Shown here piece by piece: positions 42,541 through 57,240 of a stretch of DNA of 64,000 bases. The notes beneath the pieces were generated by a model. It was not told the DNA's origin. It did no database searches and saw only the letters and a program-made list of their open reading frames with translations. The DNA lies in the NCBI GenBank assembly GCA_964016885.1, contig OZ024743.1:202182001-202246000 (forward strand), in the 5' to 3' direction. The first letter of the stretch is position 1; each line of letters starts with the position of its first letter. The position numbers were made by a program, and so were the translations under genes. The DNA is from Eledone cirrhosa. Lineage: Eukaryota.

Positions 42541-42841
42541 ATAATAATTATATATAGATGTATCTGTGAGAATATATGTTCGTGTGAATGCGCGTATGTC
42601 TACTTGTGGGTGTATTTTGTATGTTTCGGTAACAATCACACAAGCACCATTATATATAAATGAGTGAATCATTATTTAGATAATTTCAAACTATTCAATA
42701 TTGCCATCTGCAGACTGTCTAGATATCTTCAAGATAAGAAAAAGTCATAGAAATATGAAATATTCACATATCTGGAAAGACTAGAAGAAAAAAATAATTT
42801 ATTGTTAGTTATGAAGTTGAATAAGCTATCAAATGTTGGTA

Positions 42842-43021
<180 letters not shown>

Positions 43022-43097
43022 CATACATTTATACTAATTAAAAATGTAGGAAACCCATTTAACTGTAAATGCATTTGGTTGGTATTCATAGTTCATA

Positions 43098-43149
<52 letters not shown>

Positions 43150-43184
43150 TATATATAAATATATATATATATATGTACGTATAA

Positions 43185-43310
43185 AACAAAGAGGGTATTG
43201 TAAAATACCATGTGGGCCATAATGCACCAGAGTATTCAGTGTGTAATAGGAAAAGTGTCAGGACCCCGACGGCTGAGCTCCGGCCGTTTCGACAGTTAGA
43301 TCTAACTCGG
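43185..43310 (-). mobile_element. PLE family A variant 3' end
   Basis: Tail plus GAAACGGCCGGAGCTCAGCCGTCGGGGTC on minus, in (TA)n. Confidence 0.75.
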
Positions 43311-43405
43311 ATATATATATACATATATATATATATATACAATAAGTTATGAAACGAAATGAGCTGTTTCGGCGCTGAATTACAGGACATCGGTGTAGAT
43401 ATACA

Positions 43406-44853
43406 TCTATACATATATATAAAACTGAAATTGTCTGTGTATCTGTGTGTGTCCTAATTTTTGCAAAGTCTATACAAATCCACATTTCTACTCCGATTGA
43501 CTTCAAACTTGCATTTATATATTCCTTGCGGTCTAGGGATACTAACTGCAGCTTTTATCTTTCAATTTTCTGTTGCTCAAGGGGTGTTAGATGCCGCTTA
43601 TCGATCTCTCTCCCTTTCTTAGTCTGTCTTTTTAGATTGATACATAGGTATAACGTCGTGCCCTTATAATATCTGTCTCTCTGTCTGGCTGTCTGCATTA
43701 CGACATTATGACACAAATTGTTCTCATTGCTGCCGTATTATCCGATCATTGCCAGGGAACGTCCTCACGAACCAAAGTATCGTCTTCCTGTTTTCCTTCG
43801 GTTGCAACGTTTTTCGAAATATTTACTTCTGCGTTCACAGATTGATTTTTTTAGTTTCAGAAGATCCCGTTAATGGTGAAAACAGCGATTCTTTGCTTAA
43901 ACTTTAATCTGTTATTTTAATAAATATTTGCACTAGGGTTCTTATATATTTGATTATTTTAATATATATATATTCGTGTACAGATATTTTTGCATACACA
44001 AAAACAAAATATAAACAAACTTATTCATTTCACGAAAGCATAGACGGCTTATCGTCACTGTTACTGCCGATATGCCACTCAAAAAGTCCCACTACTTTTG
44101 GCACAAGGCCAGCAATTACATAGTCAACAGTTCAGAAATCACATGCATCACTGACGAGTTTACTCCTTACTCTCCCAGTTAGTTTTAGTGTACTTCGTCC
44201 TGCTTTCAGGTCATGCCACGAAGGAAGAAATACTCTATTGGGCGAAATACTGCGAAAGCGGCAAGAAAAAAAAAGAAAATTCGGGCAACCGAATCGGCAG
44301 TGGAATCTGCTATTCGACGGACGCAATATGCTGAACGTGCTGCCACCAGGAGAGCACTTGAAACAGACAACCAACGAACCATTCGCTGAACCGTGTCAGC
44401 TTTGCAATGTCTATCAACAAATCCTAGGGTCAGACCCTAGCTGTTGCTGGTCTTCTTTTGGAAGAGTCATGTTTTTCACACGGGCAACAATACGTTGGCT
44501 GCTCAAGAGTGGAAAGCAAGACAAATCTCTTTGCATATGCCCGACACAGAAGAACAATGAACATTGTGTACAAGGAGGTGCTACAATCATTGTTTAGGTA
44601 GATGACGCAGAAGGGGATATACACGATTGAGTGAAGAAGGACGAGACTGTGTTAGTAGTACGACCAACGGCTGCTATCACACCAACAGCAGCAAAAACAT
44701 CAACAAAAAAGAGAGGGAGCGCAATTACATGCTTTTGAAAAATATTAACGGAAAATTATTTGCCTAAGCACGAAATATAGACACTATCCCCAGGCGGAGG
44801 TATACTTCTCTGTACTGCTTAGAAACCCGAGCAACGCCGCGCCATTCTGCTAG
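43406..44853 (+). mobile_element. Non-autonomous, internally deleted Helitron
   Basis: A|TC 5' end and CTAG|T 3' end preceded by an imperfect GC hairpin (CCCGAGCAACGCCGCG); contains RepHel N- and C-terminal coding remnants. Confidence 0.85.
44213..44601 (+). pseudogene. Helitron RepHel remnant: N-terminus next to PIF1-type helicase C-terminus
   Basis: 44213-44389 MPRRKKYSIGRNTAKAARKKKKIRATES...; 44392-44601 RVSFAMSINKS*GQTLAVAGLLLEESCFSHGQQYVGCSRV...NIVYKEVL (helicase motifs V and VI). These frames are not in the ORF track. Confidence 0.88.
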
Positions 44854-45178
44854 TATATATATATATATTGCTTTTCCATTGGAATTACGTAACACACACA
44901 CACACACACTCACATATATATATATATATATAAGTATGTATATATATATATATGTATATGTATATATATTTAATGTATATATACATTTAATGTATGTTTG
45001 TTTGTTTTTTTGTTTTTTTCCAATACCGGACTTACAGTTTTCCAGGATTTATAGAGTCATTTGTGTTTATTTTTCCTTCAAAAGGTTGGTGGCGTTTTAT
45101 CTCCTCATGAAACTGACATTACTTAATGATGTTCGTCATCTATGGCTTATTCATATGTATTATTTCATAACTCTATTA

Positions 45179-45368
45179 GGCGGTGGATTGGCAGTATCGG
45201 TAGAGGGTCGGACGCCATGCTTTCCAGCATAGTTATGTCCCTTTACGATCTGAGTTCAAATTCCGTCGAGGTTGACTTTGCTTTTCATCCTTACGGGGTC
45301 GATAAAATAAAGTACCAGTAATGCACTGGGTAATTATTGGCCTTGTGCCTAAAGTAGAAACAATTATT
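45179..45368 (+). mobile_element. Full-length tRNA-derived SINE with Nin/Deu-like core
   Basis: A box TGGCAGTATCGG, B box GAGTTCAAATTCC, core CTTTTCATCCTTACGGGGTCGATAAAATAAAGTACC; core family name from recall. Confidence 0.8.
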
Positions 45369-46329
45369 TCATAACTCTATAGAACGTTTAGAATGTCTGT
45401 GCAGTGTTCTGTGTCCAGCCAGGTTTGTAGAACAGGTAAGAAAAATGATGATTCGGTTTCTTCTGATAGGAGCCCCTTCCACGTCGAAAGATCGAAGTGT
45501 GTTTTCTTGTCTTCTTCAATACTTCCATAAACGGCTTCGGAGATGTAAAATTTTTGTTTCCATTGATGCTTCCATTTCCACACAGTTCTACTCGGGGATT
45601 ACCGGTAGATCTCATAAAACACTGTGATCTAATTTGCTTGTTGTTTATGTGAAACGTGTGGTCAGCGAATATTTCAGTCGTTGAAAGGCATATGAAAAAA
45701 TTATGTATAGAATAATTCAATATTTACAAAAAATGTATTTATATTTCATTTTAAATATTGTTTTCAATTCCAGATATAACATTTATATAACATAATATAT
45801 CTTATTAGTAATATATATCTAAGAAATCTTGATTATATAAAGCGGAAATATAACAGAACGTTATTCAATGAGGTTTGGAGTGATGGAAAATAGTTCTGTT
45901 AAAAATCATGTTTTTTTTGTAGATACTTCAAAATCGCTTCTCATATACATTAAACGTTGACATTTCTCCTACAGTAAATGTTCTTTATAGTCTTCGATTT
46001 ATGTTAAATTCTGTCTGTGTTAAATACATATGGATGACAGCTACACATCCAACGAAATGTATGTGAGGATTTAATACTATGCAATTAAATTTTCACTTCC
46101 CCCCCTATGAAGGTCTAGCTTGTTTCAAATAAAGCTTCATATCATATGAGGCTATATTGTTTTTATAATAGGGGCCGCAGTTATATCATGAAACGCAACC
46201 AATAATATGAAGCCTATTGTTGAAGAGCCCTAGGCACCACCCGGACGAGAACTCGGACCCATGATTTCATGAACGTTTGTCCAACACCCTAACTACTTGG
46301 CATTTAATATCAAGTTTCGCAACTAGATC

Positions 46330-47110
46330 ATCTAACATCTTTCCTGGTTACATCATTGCACAATCGACAGTCGATTGACTTTCGTCACATCGGATCGAGA
46401 AAGCAATGATTCCATTGGGCTTTCAAATTGCAAATAATATCTAACGGTCGCAACTCCAGGTAGAAGGAGCAACGTCTTGTCCAATATACAGGGAAAATAA
46501 CACTTCATAGCCTTGAAATAATTCTTTCGAACTCGTTCAATTGTGGAATATTTTTTATTTATGCTCACATTTGGTCTATTTAAATATTTATATCTGATTT
46601 AATTTAAGTTTCACATAATTCTCACAAAAGTCGTACGCTGACTGTGACAGAAATCCTCTCCCTCCTTTCGAGGTTTCTACATGTACAATGTTTCACCGGG
46701 TGATTAATTAGTTATCATATATACTACATCTTTGATTACATTAAGTTGTATTTATGCCATTCCATGACACCTTATGTATTACTTTACCACTTGAAAAATA
46801 TTAAATATATAAAACATAGTGATGATAATCCATTCTAAAATTGGCAAATGTCTATACGCTTTAGGGTCCAATACATACGTCTTATACCGGTTCAGTGGTG
46901 ACATTCTCATTTGTCTCACTGGTCTCGGAGGGCCTATGAAATTCATGAGCCCAAACCCACTTCCAGGTCAAAGGAAAGAAATTATTGTTTGCTGTCCAGT
47001 TATCTTGGATTCCTTACCAAGATATAACACTTCGAAGACCAAGAAGAAATTATATACAGCTTTGTCTTCACCATGTTTAGGTACTCCCTCATCGGAGATC
47101 CTGCAATGGT
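46330..47110 (-). pseudogene. Possible old Tx1-like ORF2 debris
   Basis: Weak nucleotide resemblance to the YADD-to-TGA and YRGALPVR regions of the Tx1 elements. Confidence 0.3.
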
Positions 47111-47791
47111 CTATGTAACAACATGCGAACCAAAAATATTTTTACATAGCAGACAGCGATATATGCAGTTTGCTAAATAAAAAAAAAACACTGTGGAAAA
47201 TGAATTATATTCACAACCTCTTCTATCGTATATTAAGTTGTTTTCCTGATCTCATTATTTACAGCTGAAATTAACGGCACTTAAATTCTATTTAGTCTGT
47301 GACTGGACATCTATCTGGTTAAAGCTAAATTTATTTTGGCTCATTCACAGATATTACCAATACGCTTTACGCTAATATTAACCTCTTCAATGTATCTAGT
47401 CATCGAAAACACTGTAGTTAGTAACGCTTAAGTTATTTCCAAGAAGAGTCTATATAGATAATAATCCTGTTTTTGTATCTTGCCAGAATTCAGAATTTAT
47501 ACGGAGTTTGAGTAATTTGGCGCTCAACGATTTCAGACTAGATTAAATGCAAATGGACAATTACGTCTGCCATTTGAAATCTGAAATGTTGTTCATTTAA
47601 ACATTAGTTTGCCATCATAATATTCAGGAACAAACTGACTTCTGCTTAAAATTCTAAAATAAACACGTATTCATAGCGCCTATATACACACGTATTATAA
47701 AGCGTAAATATGCAAACATACCTATTCTAAATATATTTTTTTCTGCATGAATAAAAACAGAATTACACAAATATACACACAAACATGCAGG

Positions 47792-47887
<96 letters not shown>

Positions 47888-48409
47888 TGTGTGTGTGTAT
47901 GTATGAATATATCATATTTATTATCAATAATGACCATTTAATTGGACGTTTCGTTGATATTGCCTTCTCAAAACAGTTTTGAGAAGCAACGATTTATATA
48001 TAAATCACATATTGTTTAATATGTCATACTTTCGATAATAAAATCGTGGTTTTGATTCCTGTTCCAGGCGGTACGATGTAATTATGAGCAAAATATTTTA
48101 TTTTACGTTGCGCTTTCTGCAGAGAGGATCAGTAATGGATGGTTCAATGGAATCATCGTGTCTTTGGTCCGAATTGAGGTTTTCCTACATAAATATAAAT
48201 ACACTATTTATTAATAGTTCTTCATACATCGACGGAGGCAAAACTTCGACACACCCTCAGGGTTGTATTCTCGAGTTATTATGTGTTCGGGCTTTACAAA
48301 ACACTCTCTCATCCAGTTGACCCAAAAGTGGTTGATCAAGGTACGATCTGGTTTCAAATAGCATACATACTATTTTACGCCACTGGTCACATTTCTACCG
48401 ATTGTATCT

Positions 48410-49500
48410 ACAGATAGTCATTCTTCTGTTTCGACGTTGTTTTTAATGGTTCTCATTCTGCTTGCTACCATAATGCACATATTTCCGTAGGCCTTGATAT
48501 GAAAATGGCGAACAATCTCCATTGGAATGTATCTAGTCCTCCATTCATGTTTGCGACAGTACGCCCCAACCACTGTATGTTCTCTATCCTCTCATCCAAG
48601 GCAACAGTTAGCTTAGCTAGAAGGAACTGTTTTGACAACACCGAAACCAAAATGATGTCTGATCTCGACATGGCATTGGAATCTTCAGTCGTTGTTTAGA
48701 TCATCTGTCATCACATATTCTCCTTCTGCAGCAAGAAAGACGGAAAAACAGTTCTTTGGTCTCCTCTTCACTCATCTATTTCCCCTGACAACCATGATCT
48801 TCCTATATGTTGCATATGTGAACTAGCTGTCTCTGATTTCCTTTGCTGATGGATTCAGTGATGGTTCTCCATCGTTATCGTCCTACATTACATGCTTTGA
48901 ATCAGTTGCTCAGTATATGCTCAGGTGTACCTGCTTTCAACAAAAAGGGCATGTTAGTGTTTGCACCATAGAAACTGGTTGGATAGACTGGGCAGGACAT
49001 CATAGTTCCTTCCGAAATCAAGAACTTAAGGCTATGTGAATTTCACATTCACATATCCTGCCAGGTGATGTTTCGTACCTGTCACTTTTTCCCATTTCAT
49101 CCACATAACCTACTGTCGCTTTACCACTGACCTGGTTATTTTCTCCTACTCTATCAACAATCCTACCTCTCCATGAAACAGCTTCTATCTACTTTTCCTA
49201 TTTGTAGGGCCCTATCTGTTTCATTCTCTAATGTAGAAATCAACCCTGTACAGAGTCACATTCTCGAGATGGGTCTTCTGCTTCAGCTGGGGCTAACCCA
49301 GTGGAAGCCGCTCGGCTGTCTTCCACTTACCTCATGTCTCCAAGGTAATTCTTGCACCAGCCACTTCAACATACTTTTATATGGTGTAGTGCAAACTTGT
49401 ATACGTGTCAACAATGGGCCCTTCTCTGATTAACCTAAATAGTAGTCTGAGCTTTTTGCTGGTCCCATATAATTCAATGCTACTCTAACTGCGTGGCACA
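48410..49500 (-). pseudogene. Possible degenerate RTE-like LINE RT fragment
   Basis: Minus-strand remnants IQWLGRTVANM (like L.WFGHV.RM), YVMTDDL and GYVDEMGK in the expected order. Confidence 0.35.
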
Positions 49501-49527
49501 GTAAGCCGTCAATAATATCTATCTTGG

Positions 49528-49623
<96 letters not shown>
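49528..49623. repeat. (ATCT)n microsatellite 5' of Tx1 element (again 55386-55441 on the 3' side)
   Basis: Pure tetranucleotide arrays directly abutting both element ends. Confidence 0.95.
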
Positions 49624-49841
49624 AGACGTGTGTAACTTCGCGGAGAAGTTTCCGTTAATTTATGTAAGAAAAAAACGTGAGTTTTTAGTTAAATTTTATA
49701 TCATTGTGTAACTTGACCCCCCGTCTGGACCTTCAGGTGGTGGGTCAACTCATTTTTGCCCCATACAGGGGCGGAATATCCAATTAAAAATTTTTTCTCC
49801 ATCGAATCTTGGAAAAAATATTGTAAAATTTTGATTACGTT

Positions 49842-51754
49842 ATGAACGCTGCGTCCAACGATAATGGTGGTGGTGAGGCGGTAAGACTACACAGCTCACA
49901 GTCAACAACGTCTTCTTCACTAGATACTATAGAGATGGAAAGACGAAGTGAAAATGTAAAAACGAATTCATATCTAAACAACACAAATGACACCAAACAG
50001 TTCAATGACAACAAAAATAACAGCAACACCAATCATGATGATAAAAGCAAAAATGATAACAGCAACAAAGAAAAAAATAAAGACAACACCAATAACACCA
50101 GCATCAATGACAACAACAACACCAAGGAAAATACGAACAATACCAACATCGGTGACAACAAGAATAACAACAACAATAATGACAACATCACCAACACGGA
50201 TAATTCCACAAAGGAACCAAAAATCTCCTTTGCAGAGACAGTTAAAAAAAAGGAGGAACTGATATATCTCGACATAACAAATGCTGAAGAACTTTTAAAG
50301 GACGCTAGGAGATATGTCACTTTCGAAAAAAATGGTGCTTTCAGCATCAATTCTCCGGTAGAAATTCGCAAGGAAACTGCTCTCAAAACGATAGTTTTTA
50401 GGACAATTTCCAATTCTACCCGAAAACCAGTCCAACTGTCACAGAAAGAAATTGAACTGGTTTTCAAAAATTCAATGAATGATATTGCATTCATTCAAAG
50501 AAGCAAACTTTTTGGGAGTATTTCGGTACTCATGAAGGATCAATTGACGGCCCAAAATTAATCTGTGTCGCCAATTGTATCCAACCTGTAAACCTTTTTC
50601 CCTACATACATGGGAAAAAGGACACAAAAGATCAGAATCACGAGTGTCACACCAAAGGTGAACATATGGTGGATACTGTGCGGCTTCATCAATTTTGATG
50701 AAGACAGAATACTGTCAGTAGGCAAGTCCCCCAGGGATGTATTCAATGGGACTAGCATTGAAGTTCTGGTGCAAATGAACCCAGAGCGAATAGCTATGAT
50801 CCCACAGCGTGTACTCCTGGACGGACTCACCTACATAAACTTTTCAGTTGAGGGTAGGCGGCCTTCATTTTACCATTGCTTTAGCAGGGGTCACCTGAGG
50901 GCTTCCTGTCCTAAATTAATGAACCAAAAAAAGGCTCTTCTGCCGACACCCATCAAAACAACACAACCACCAACACCACCACCACAACAACAACAACACC
51001 AACACGCAAAAATAACCACAACAAACACAGTCCCACCCTTCCCCACTCCACCTAAAACCACTGCAAAATCACATACAGACACAACAGCTCCCCAAGACAT
51101 ACCCCTCCCCAATCACACAGACGATACAACAGATGGGGCTATCTCGCCATCACCCAGTGAAGACGAGGGAGAACCCATCGCTCGAAAAGAAAGAAAATAC
51201 ATCACAAAAGCAAAAACCCAGCAAACACTACCACAAACATACAACCACCAACACAAACAACAGAAACATCACAAACAAAATCCCCACCTCCTGAAAACAA
51301 AATACCTACAACGACACGAAAGCACACACAAGAACTACAGACAAAAACAAACACAACACAAGAAGATTACACTTACACTTACATAAACACTGAAAACAAA
51401 ACACTAATGGAGACCATCACGAACGACCCTTCGGTGAAAACCGACGGAAAAACTTTCGCCCACTCTATTAAAAATAGCAAAAAACTGAACCTAAAACTGA
51501 TTAGGATCCCTATACAAACTTATAGGTCCCTAAAAGAAACATTTGAGAAGGATGTGGGGAATTCCTGCGTGAAACCACTCAACCGCGTCCTTCTCAAATG
51601 TCTCCCCACCCCAGACACCCCCATCCCACCAGACCCCACCCCACCAAACATCCGCGTCCCCACCCCGCCGGAAACCACCACCCATCCAGACAACCCCTCC
51701 AACACCCCCATGGAAATCGTGCGGCCTGGTCCCCAGGAGACGAAGGGTGAGTGA
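49842..51754 (+). pseudogene. Tx1 ORF1, disrupted
   Basis: Three fragments (49842-50561, 50610-51386, 51407-51754); Asn-rich N-terminus, SFAETVK, knuckle FYHCFSRGHLRASC with first Cys lost. Confidence 0.8.
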
Positions 51755-51787
51755 TCTCTTTTCCTCTTTTAACTTTTCAGCACCAAC

Positions 51788-54700
51788 ATGGCCAATATAA
51801 GAGTTGGATGTGTGAACGTACGCGGCCTGGGATGCCCTGGAAACAGGGCAAACTCTTAAACGACCTCAGGTAGCACAGTATGGATGTGGTAGCCATTTGC
51901 GAGTCCAGGATCCACGGCGAGCGACAGCTGGCCCCCATCTTCGATTACTTTGAGATCTACGTATCTCTCTGTCAACCGGGCGTGGGGGCGGAGTTGCCGT
52001 TTTGCTGCGGAAACACCTGGGCCTCGTAACACAGACGGTACATTTGGACCCGGAGGGTCGACTGGTGGTCCTAGACGTTACGGTAGTGAAGGTGGAGCCT
52101 TCAGGCTGGTGGCCGCATATGCCCCATCCGGGACACCGCGGCCAGACTTCTTCAAACGTCTAGAGACTTTTCTGGGAACGTCCCGCTCCTTGCTTTTAGT
52201 GGGGAACTGGAATGGAATCCTAGATGCACGTTGGGACTATGTGGGAGCATGTCCCGATAAAGGGGGGGGGTGTAACAGCCTCAAACAGTTAATCGACCAA
52301 TTTGACCTGGCCGATAGATATCGACTAGATTTTCCGACTGCGCCACTGTGGACGTGGAGTAATCGTAGCGGAACATCTAGATCGTACCTAGATAGGGTTA
52401 TAGTTAGAAATAAGGATAAGGACATGTTAAGCTGTCCACAAATGTTCATGGTTGCCTATTCAGATCACAAACTAGTGACCTGCATGGCCAACCTTGATAG
52501 AACCCATAGACAAGGACCCGGCTACTGAAAGCTGAACTTGTCGTTACCGACAAGCAAAGCTTACAGTAGACGGATTAGCACTTTAGTTAAACAGCACTTG
52601 ACAGGGGCCATTGTCAACAACAGATGGTGGTACTCTCTCAAGAGGGCAGTTAGATTAGACTCGATAGTTTTTAGTAAATAATTAGCGTTAGATAGAAATA
52701 GAACCGAGAAGGAACTGGTAGATAACGTAGAAGAGGCAATTAGAAGTGGCAACATAGCCAGCGTGCTAGCAACGAGAACGGCCTTGGACCAGTTCTTCGA
52801 CGCAAAGCACGAGGGCTGCGTTGTCAGAAGCAAAATACGTGCTCTGGGAAACGAGGGAGGCAAAGCTGTTAGCTGGCGCCGAGTGACGGCGGCAAAAAGT
52901 GGCAACAAGTCCAAAAAGGACCAAAACGGAGGCGTGATACGTGAGCCGAAGCAGATGTGTGCGGCTTTTCAGCGGCACTTTGCTCGGCTGTTCGGGAGGG
53001 GGGGGGGCGCCGGGAGAGGCTATGGATTTCGGTCCATACCTCGACTCTCGGACAGCGAAGCAAAGCTCTGCGAAAAGCCGATTTCAGCCACTGAGATAGG
53101 GGACGCGCTGAGCCAATGGGGCAAACGCAAATCTCCAGTTCTCGACGGTCTACCCTACGAATTTTACGTAGCAATGCCGGACTTATTCTCCAGTCTCATG
53201 GAAGCGGTCTACTGCAACTGGCAACAGAACGGGAGAATTCCCAGTTCTGTAACCGGGGGCGTGGTCACACTAATCAGGAAGGACGAGAATAAGGGGGATG
53301 ACATAGGCAACTTCCGGCCCATAACTCTGCTAAACACAGAGTTACAGATTTTGGCCAAGGCGTTAGCAAAGAGGCTGGCGCTTGTCGTCGAGAACCTGGT
53401 GGGAGAAGCGCAGACATGCGCAATCCCGACCAGGTCCATACACGACAACCTCCACCTCATGCGATACATCATAGAGAGGGTAGGGGGTAAACCCGGCTTC
53501 GGTGGGGCCCTGATCAACTTGGATCAGTCTAAGGCTTTCGATAGGGTTGACCATCGTAACCTGGATGCGGTGCTCGAGGCGGCAGGCTTCGGACCCGTGT
53601 TCAGGGGCTGGATTGCTGCAATGCACAACAGCAACATCTGCTCAAGGGTCAAGGTGAACGGCTACCTCTCGGAGCCGTTCCGTATTACGCGATCCATTCG
53701 ACAGGGATGTCCTCTCTCCCCCCTTCTGTACGTACTGACTCTCGAGCCTCTACTGCGGAAGCTGGAGCTATTGCAGGGCATCCCTCTGGAACCGGGACTG
53801 CAGAAAGCGGCGTCGGCCTACGCCGACGACGTGTCAGTAATGGTGTCGAGCGCCTCGCAGATCGAGGAAGTCGGCACCTTACTGAAGGAATACGAAAGTC
53901 TCACAGGAGCGAAGCTGAACCGGGACAAGTCCATCGGTTTGCAACTCGGATCGTGGAGAGGCAAACCGATGCCTTCCGATGGCGTCATCGAATGCTGGGC
54001 GGAAGGACCGGTAAAGCTGCTCGGAGTCTGGTTTGGTCCGGACCTCCAGGTGGAGAAGAACTGGAACGAAATGACGGCCAAGGTCTTTGCACTCACCCAG
54101 AAGTGGGCCGAGTGCAAACTATCCTTGAAAGGTCGAGCGGAAGGGGCGAACACTTTTATAGCGTCCGCCATCTACTTCCGCTTAACCGTCGTGCCTTGTC
54201 CAGCCAAAACGCTCGCCAAAATGGAGCGCGCGCTCTTCCGATTCCTTTGGAAGAGGCGGGCTCCTTTGGTGAGAAGATCCATCTCCTGCCAACACCCGAT
54301 GCGCAAACACGCGCTCAGGCTGCGGCATCTCTACGTATTCCTCACCGGACAACCGGTGTGGGCCCCGTTCGTGAGGCGAGCCTTCCCACGACTCGTCTCG
54401 CTGACCGAGCTGCAGTCCTGGCTCAAGCAAAGACCGAGGAAAATGGGCGACTGGCACATCGAATGTGCTCAGGCGCTCACAGCGATCAGTGGAGACTCCA
54501 CTTCGTCATTCTATAGAGAGTTGGTCCGCAGCAAGTGTGACGACGCGCTCGGTGAAACTCTAGGCGTAGAAGAAGATGAACTGGCCAGTCTGTTCAGTAG
54601 GACCTTCCGCCCGGGACCGATGGACAACTTCCAAAAGTCCCTGGCCTGGCAGTGCTACCGAGGAGCTCTACCAGTTCGAGACAAGCTCTACAGACATGGG

Positions 54701-55147
54701 CGCCCGGGCAGGGACCCTGCAAAAAAGATCTGTCCGAGGTGCGTGCGAGACGAAGAAACCGTCGCGCACGCATTCATACACTGTCCGGGCGTCACTGACC
54801 TGTGGGGCTATGTAGAACGACTATTGTCGCGGGTGGGACCAATCCAGTTGACCACCGAGTCCATTGTCATGATCAAACCGCCACCCTCCTTCAAAAACGA
54901 AGGAGAGGCGGTTTTCCTTTGTGTGATAGCTATGACGAAAGAGGTTGTATGGTGGACAAGGTTGAAAGGGCTGAGGTCAGACACCTTTCTCTCCGGCCAA
55001 CAACTGATTCTTTTTTTCAAATACCACTTTGGAAGAAGAATCAAGATGGAGAGAGAGGTGCTAGACCCCAGCAAGTTTTGTGAAAGGTGGGTGAAAGTGG
55101 CGAGAATGGCCCGAGTGAATGGGCCTTCTCTCTATATCAGCCTGTAG
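51788..55147 (+). pseudogene. Tx1 ORF2: APE (disrupted) plus RT (open 52763-55147)
   Basis: MANIRVGCVNVRGL start; YAP, SYLDRV, SDH; RT NFRPITLLN, LDQSKAFDRV, QGCPLSP, YADD; C-terminal CPRC...HAFIHC. Confidence 0.92.
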
Positions 55148-55385
55148 GTTGAGGAAAAGGAGGAGGAGAGGAAAGGAGTACAAACTCTTCGTACTCCTGG
55201 AGATGAGGGTTGCACATTTTTTTTCGGGGGTATGTGTTACCCATATAAACTGTCTCCCTCTATTGGGGAAAATCGACTAACTTTTTAAATTGCATTTGTG
55301 ATAACATTTTACACGTTTTTATTGTATGTAAACTTTCCCCTTTGTATTTGTCCCCTTCTTTTGTGCCCCTGTGGCTAATAAAGAC

Positions 55386-55489
<104 letters not shown>

Positions 55490-55540
55490 ATCTAACTATA
55501 GCTCTTTCTCTCTCTGCTTCTCTCTCTATACACACACACG

Positions 55541-55638
<98 letters not shown>

Positions 55639-55641
55639 TAT

Positions 55642-55682
<41 letters not shown>

Positions 55683-56098
55683 AGAGAGAGAGAGAGAGCT
55701 TGTGTTTATAAATATTAGAATTTAAGACAATTATATTAATACGATGCGCGTGATTCGTAGATGAACTAAAGTATTCGATAATCAGTCATAAATTAATTAT
55801 TCAACTGTGGAAGGTATATTCGAAATATACAATTTAAAAAGCATGTTCCAGTATGGCATTGCTCCAATTACTGAAACCAGTAAAAGCAAAGAAGCAAATA
55901 ACGGTTTTTACTATAAAAAACAAAACAATGTATAATGAAGATAAATTATTATAATCGGCCGTAAATTACTATAATTGTGATAGTATCTACAATATTTACG
56001 ACCAATAAAAATGAAAAATAATGAGATTATAGACCCCTCTCGATAACATGCTGAAACAGACACACAATGTATATAGATATACATACACACACACATAT

Positions 56099-56138
<40 letters not shown>

Positions 56139-56869
56139 GAACATGAATTCATATATATATATGGGATAGTGTGTGATTATGCGCCTGTATAAGCATGTGT
56201 TTTCTGGGGGGTATTGATGTTTGTATGCTGTTTTATGTATCGTTTTGGCACTGCATTATCTTTGCAGGAAGTGTTGCAGGTTGTAGAAAAATTCACCAAC
56301 ATCTTATGGAACATCATTTTTATTCTTATCTCTACTGTAGGCTCATCAATTACTGGAAGATTTTATTAGGTACTTTCAGCTGAGTGGTCTCATTTCGGTA
56401 ACCATAACGACTAATGGTCTAAACGCACTGACTGTAATCGTGTGTTGTTCTACCTTGCGTTTCTGAGCAGAAATACATTTTATTTTCCTAAGACATCGAA
56501 TATAAGGAATGTTTCTCTAACGCAACGCCTACGGATGCGGTGAAAATTTATTTCAAAGCCTATGTAACTACGATGACTTTTCAATCCCAAAATATATAAC
56601 TTATAACTGAGCAGTCTCTCATTGGTAAGGGGTCAGATATATCTCACGGTTGACAGCTAATATATTCATAAACCACAAATTTGAGATTTTGTCAATATAA
56701 TGCACTTATCTGAAGTCATCATAGTGTTTAATCCAATCTCTTCTGAAGAAGTTATCATCAGGAAGGTTTGACTAGATTGTAACTTTTCTTTCATAGCTGC
56801 TTCACTGAAGTATCTTGCTATTTTTATTGCAAGCTGTTAGTAACTACCAATCACATGTCCTAGTTTATG

Positions 56870-57240
56870 GAGGCGGGATTTAATATCAGGACAGAGAACC
56901 GGAGCAGATGCCACATAGCATCCTGTTCAATTATTTAATAATTCTGTCAATCCACCACCCCTGAACTGGTATTTTATATACTGTGTCCGAAAGGGTGAAA
57001 CATACCATTGACCTTGGATGAATTTGAACACGAAGCGCTTTAAGCCGAATTAAATAACAAGGAATTTAATCCGTGCCGTAACAATCTCACCAAACCTTTA
57101 CCTCTGACTGATACATTACATATCGAACCCAAATAAATGAATGGGAAAGTTGACGTGAGCGGGATTTGATCTTAGAGCGCAGTGAATCATTACAAATTCC
57201 ACGGCCTTTAACTGACCCTCTAAAGATTCTGCCAATTCAC
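56870..57240 (-). mobile_element. Degenerate SINE fragments
   Basis: GGGAAAGTTGACGTGAGCGGGATTTGA...CTGCCAATTCAC resembles the reverse of 45179-45368. Confidence 0.5.

Larger units (their letters stand above)
49624..55385 (+). mobile_element. Full-length L1/Tx1-clade non-LTR retrotransposon, disrupted
   Basis: 5' UTR starting AGACGTG, ORF1, ORF2, 3' UTR with AATAAA at 55377-55382. Confidence 0.93.
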
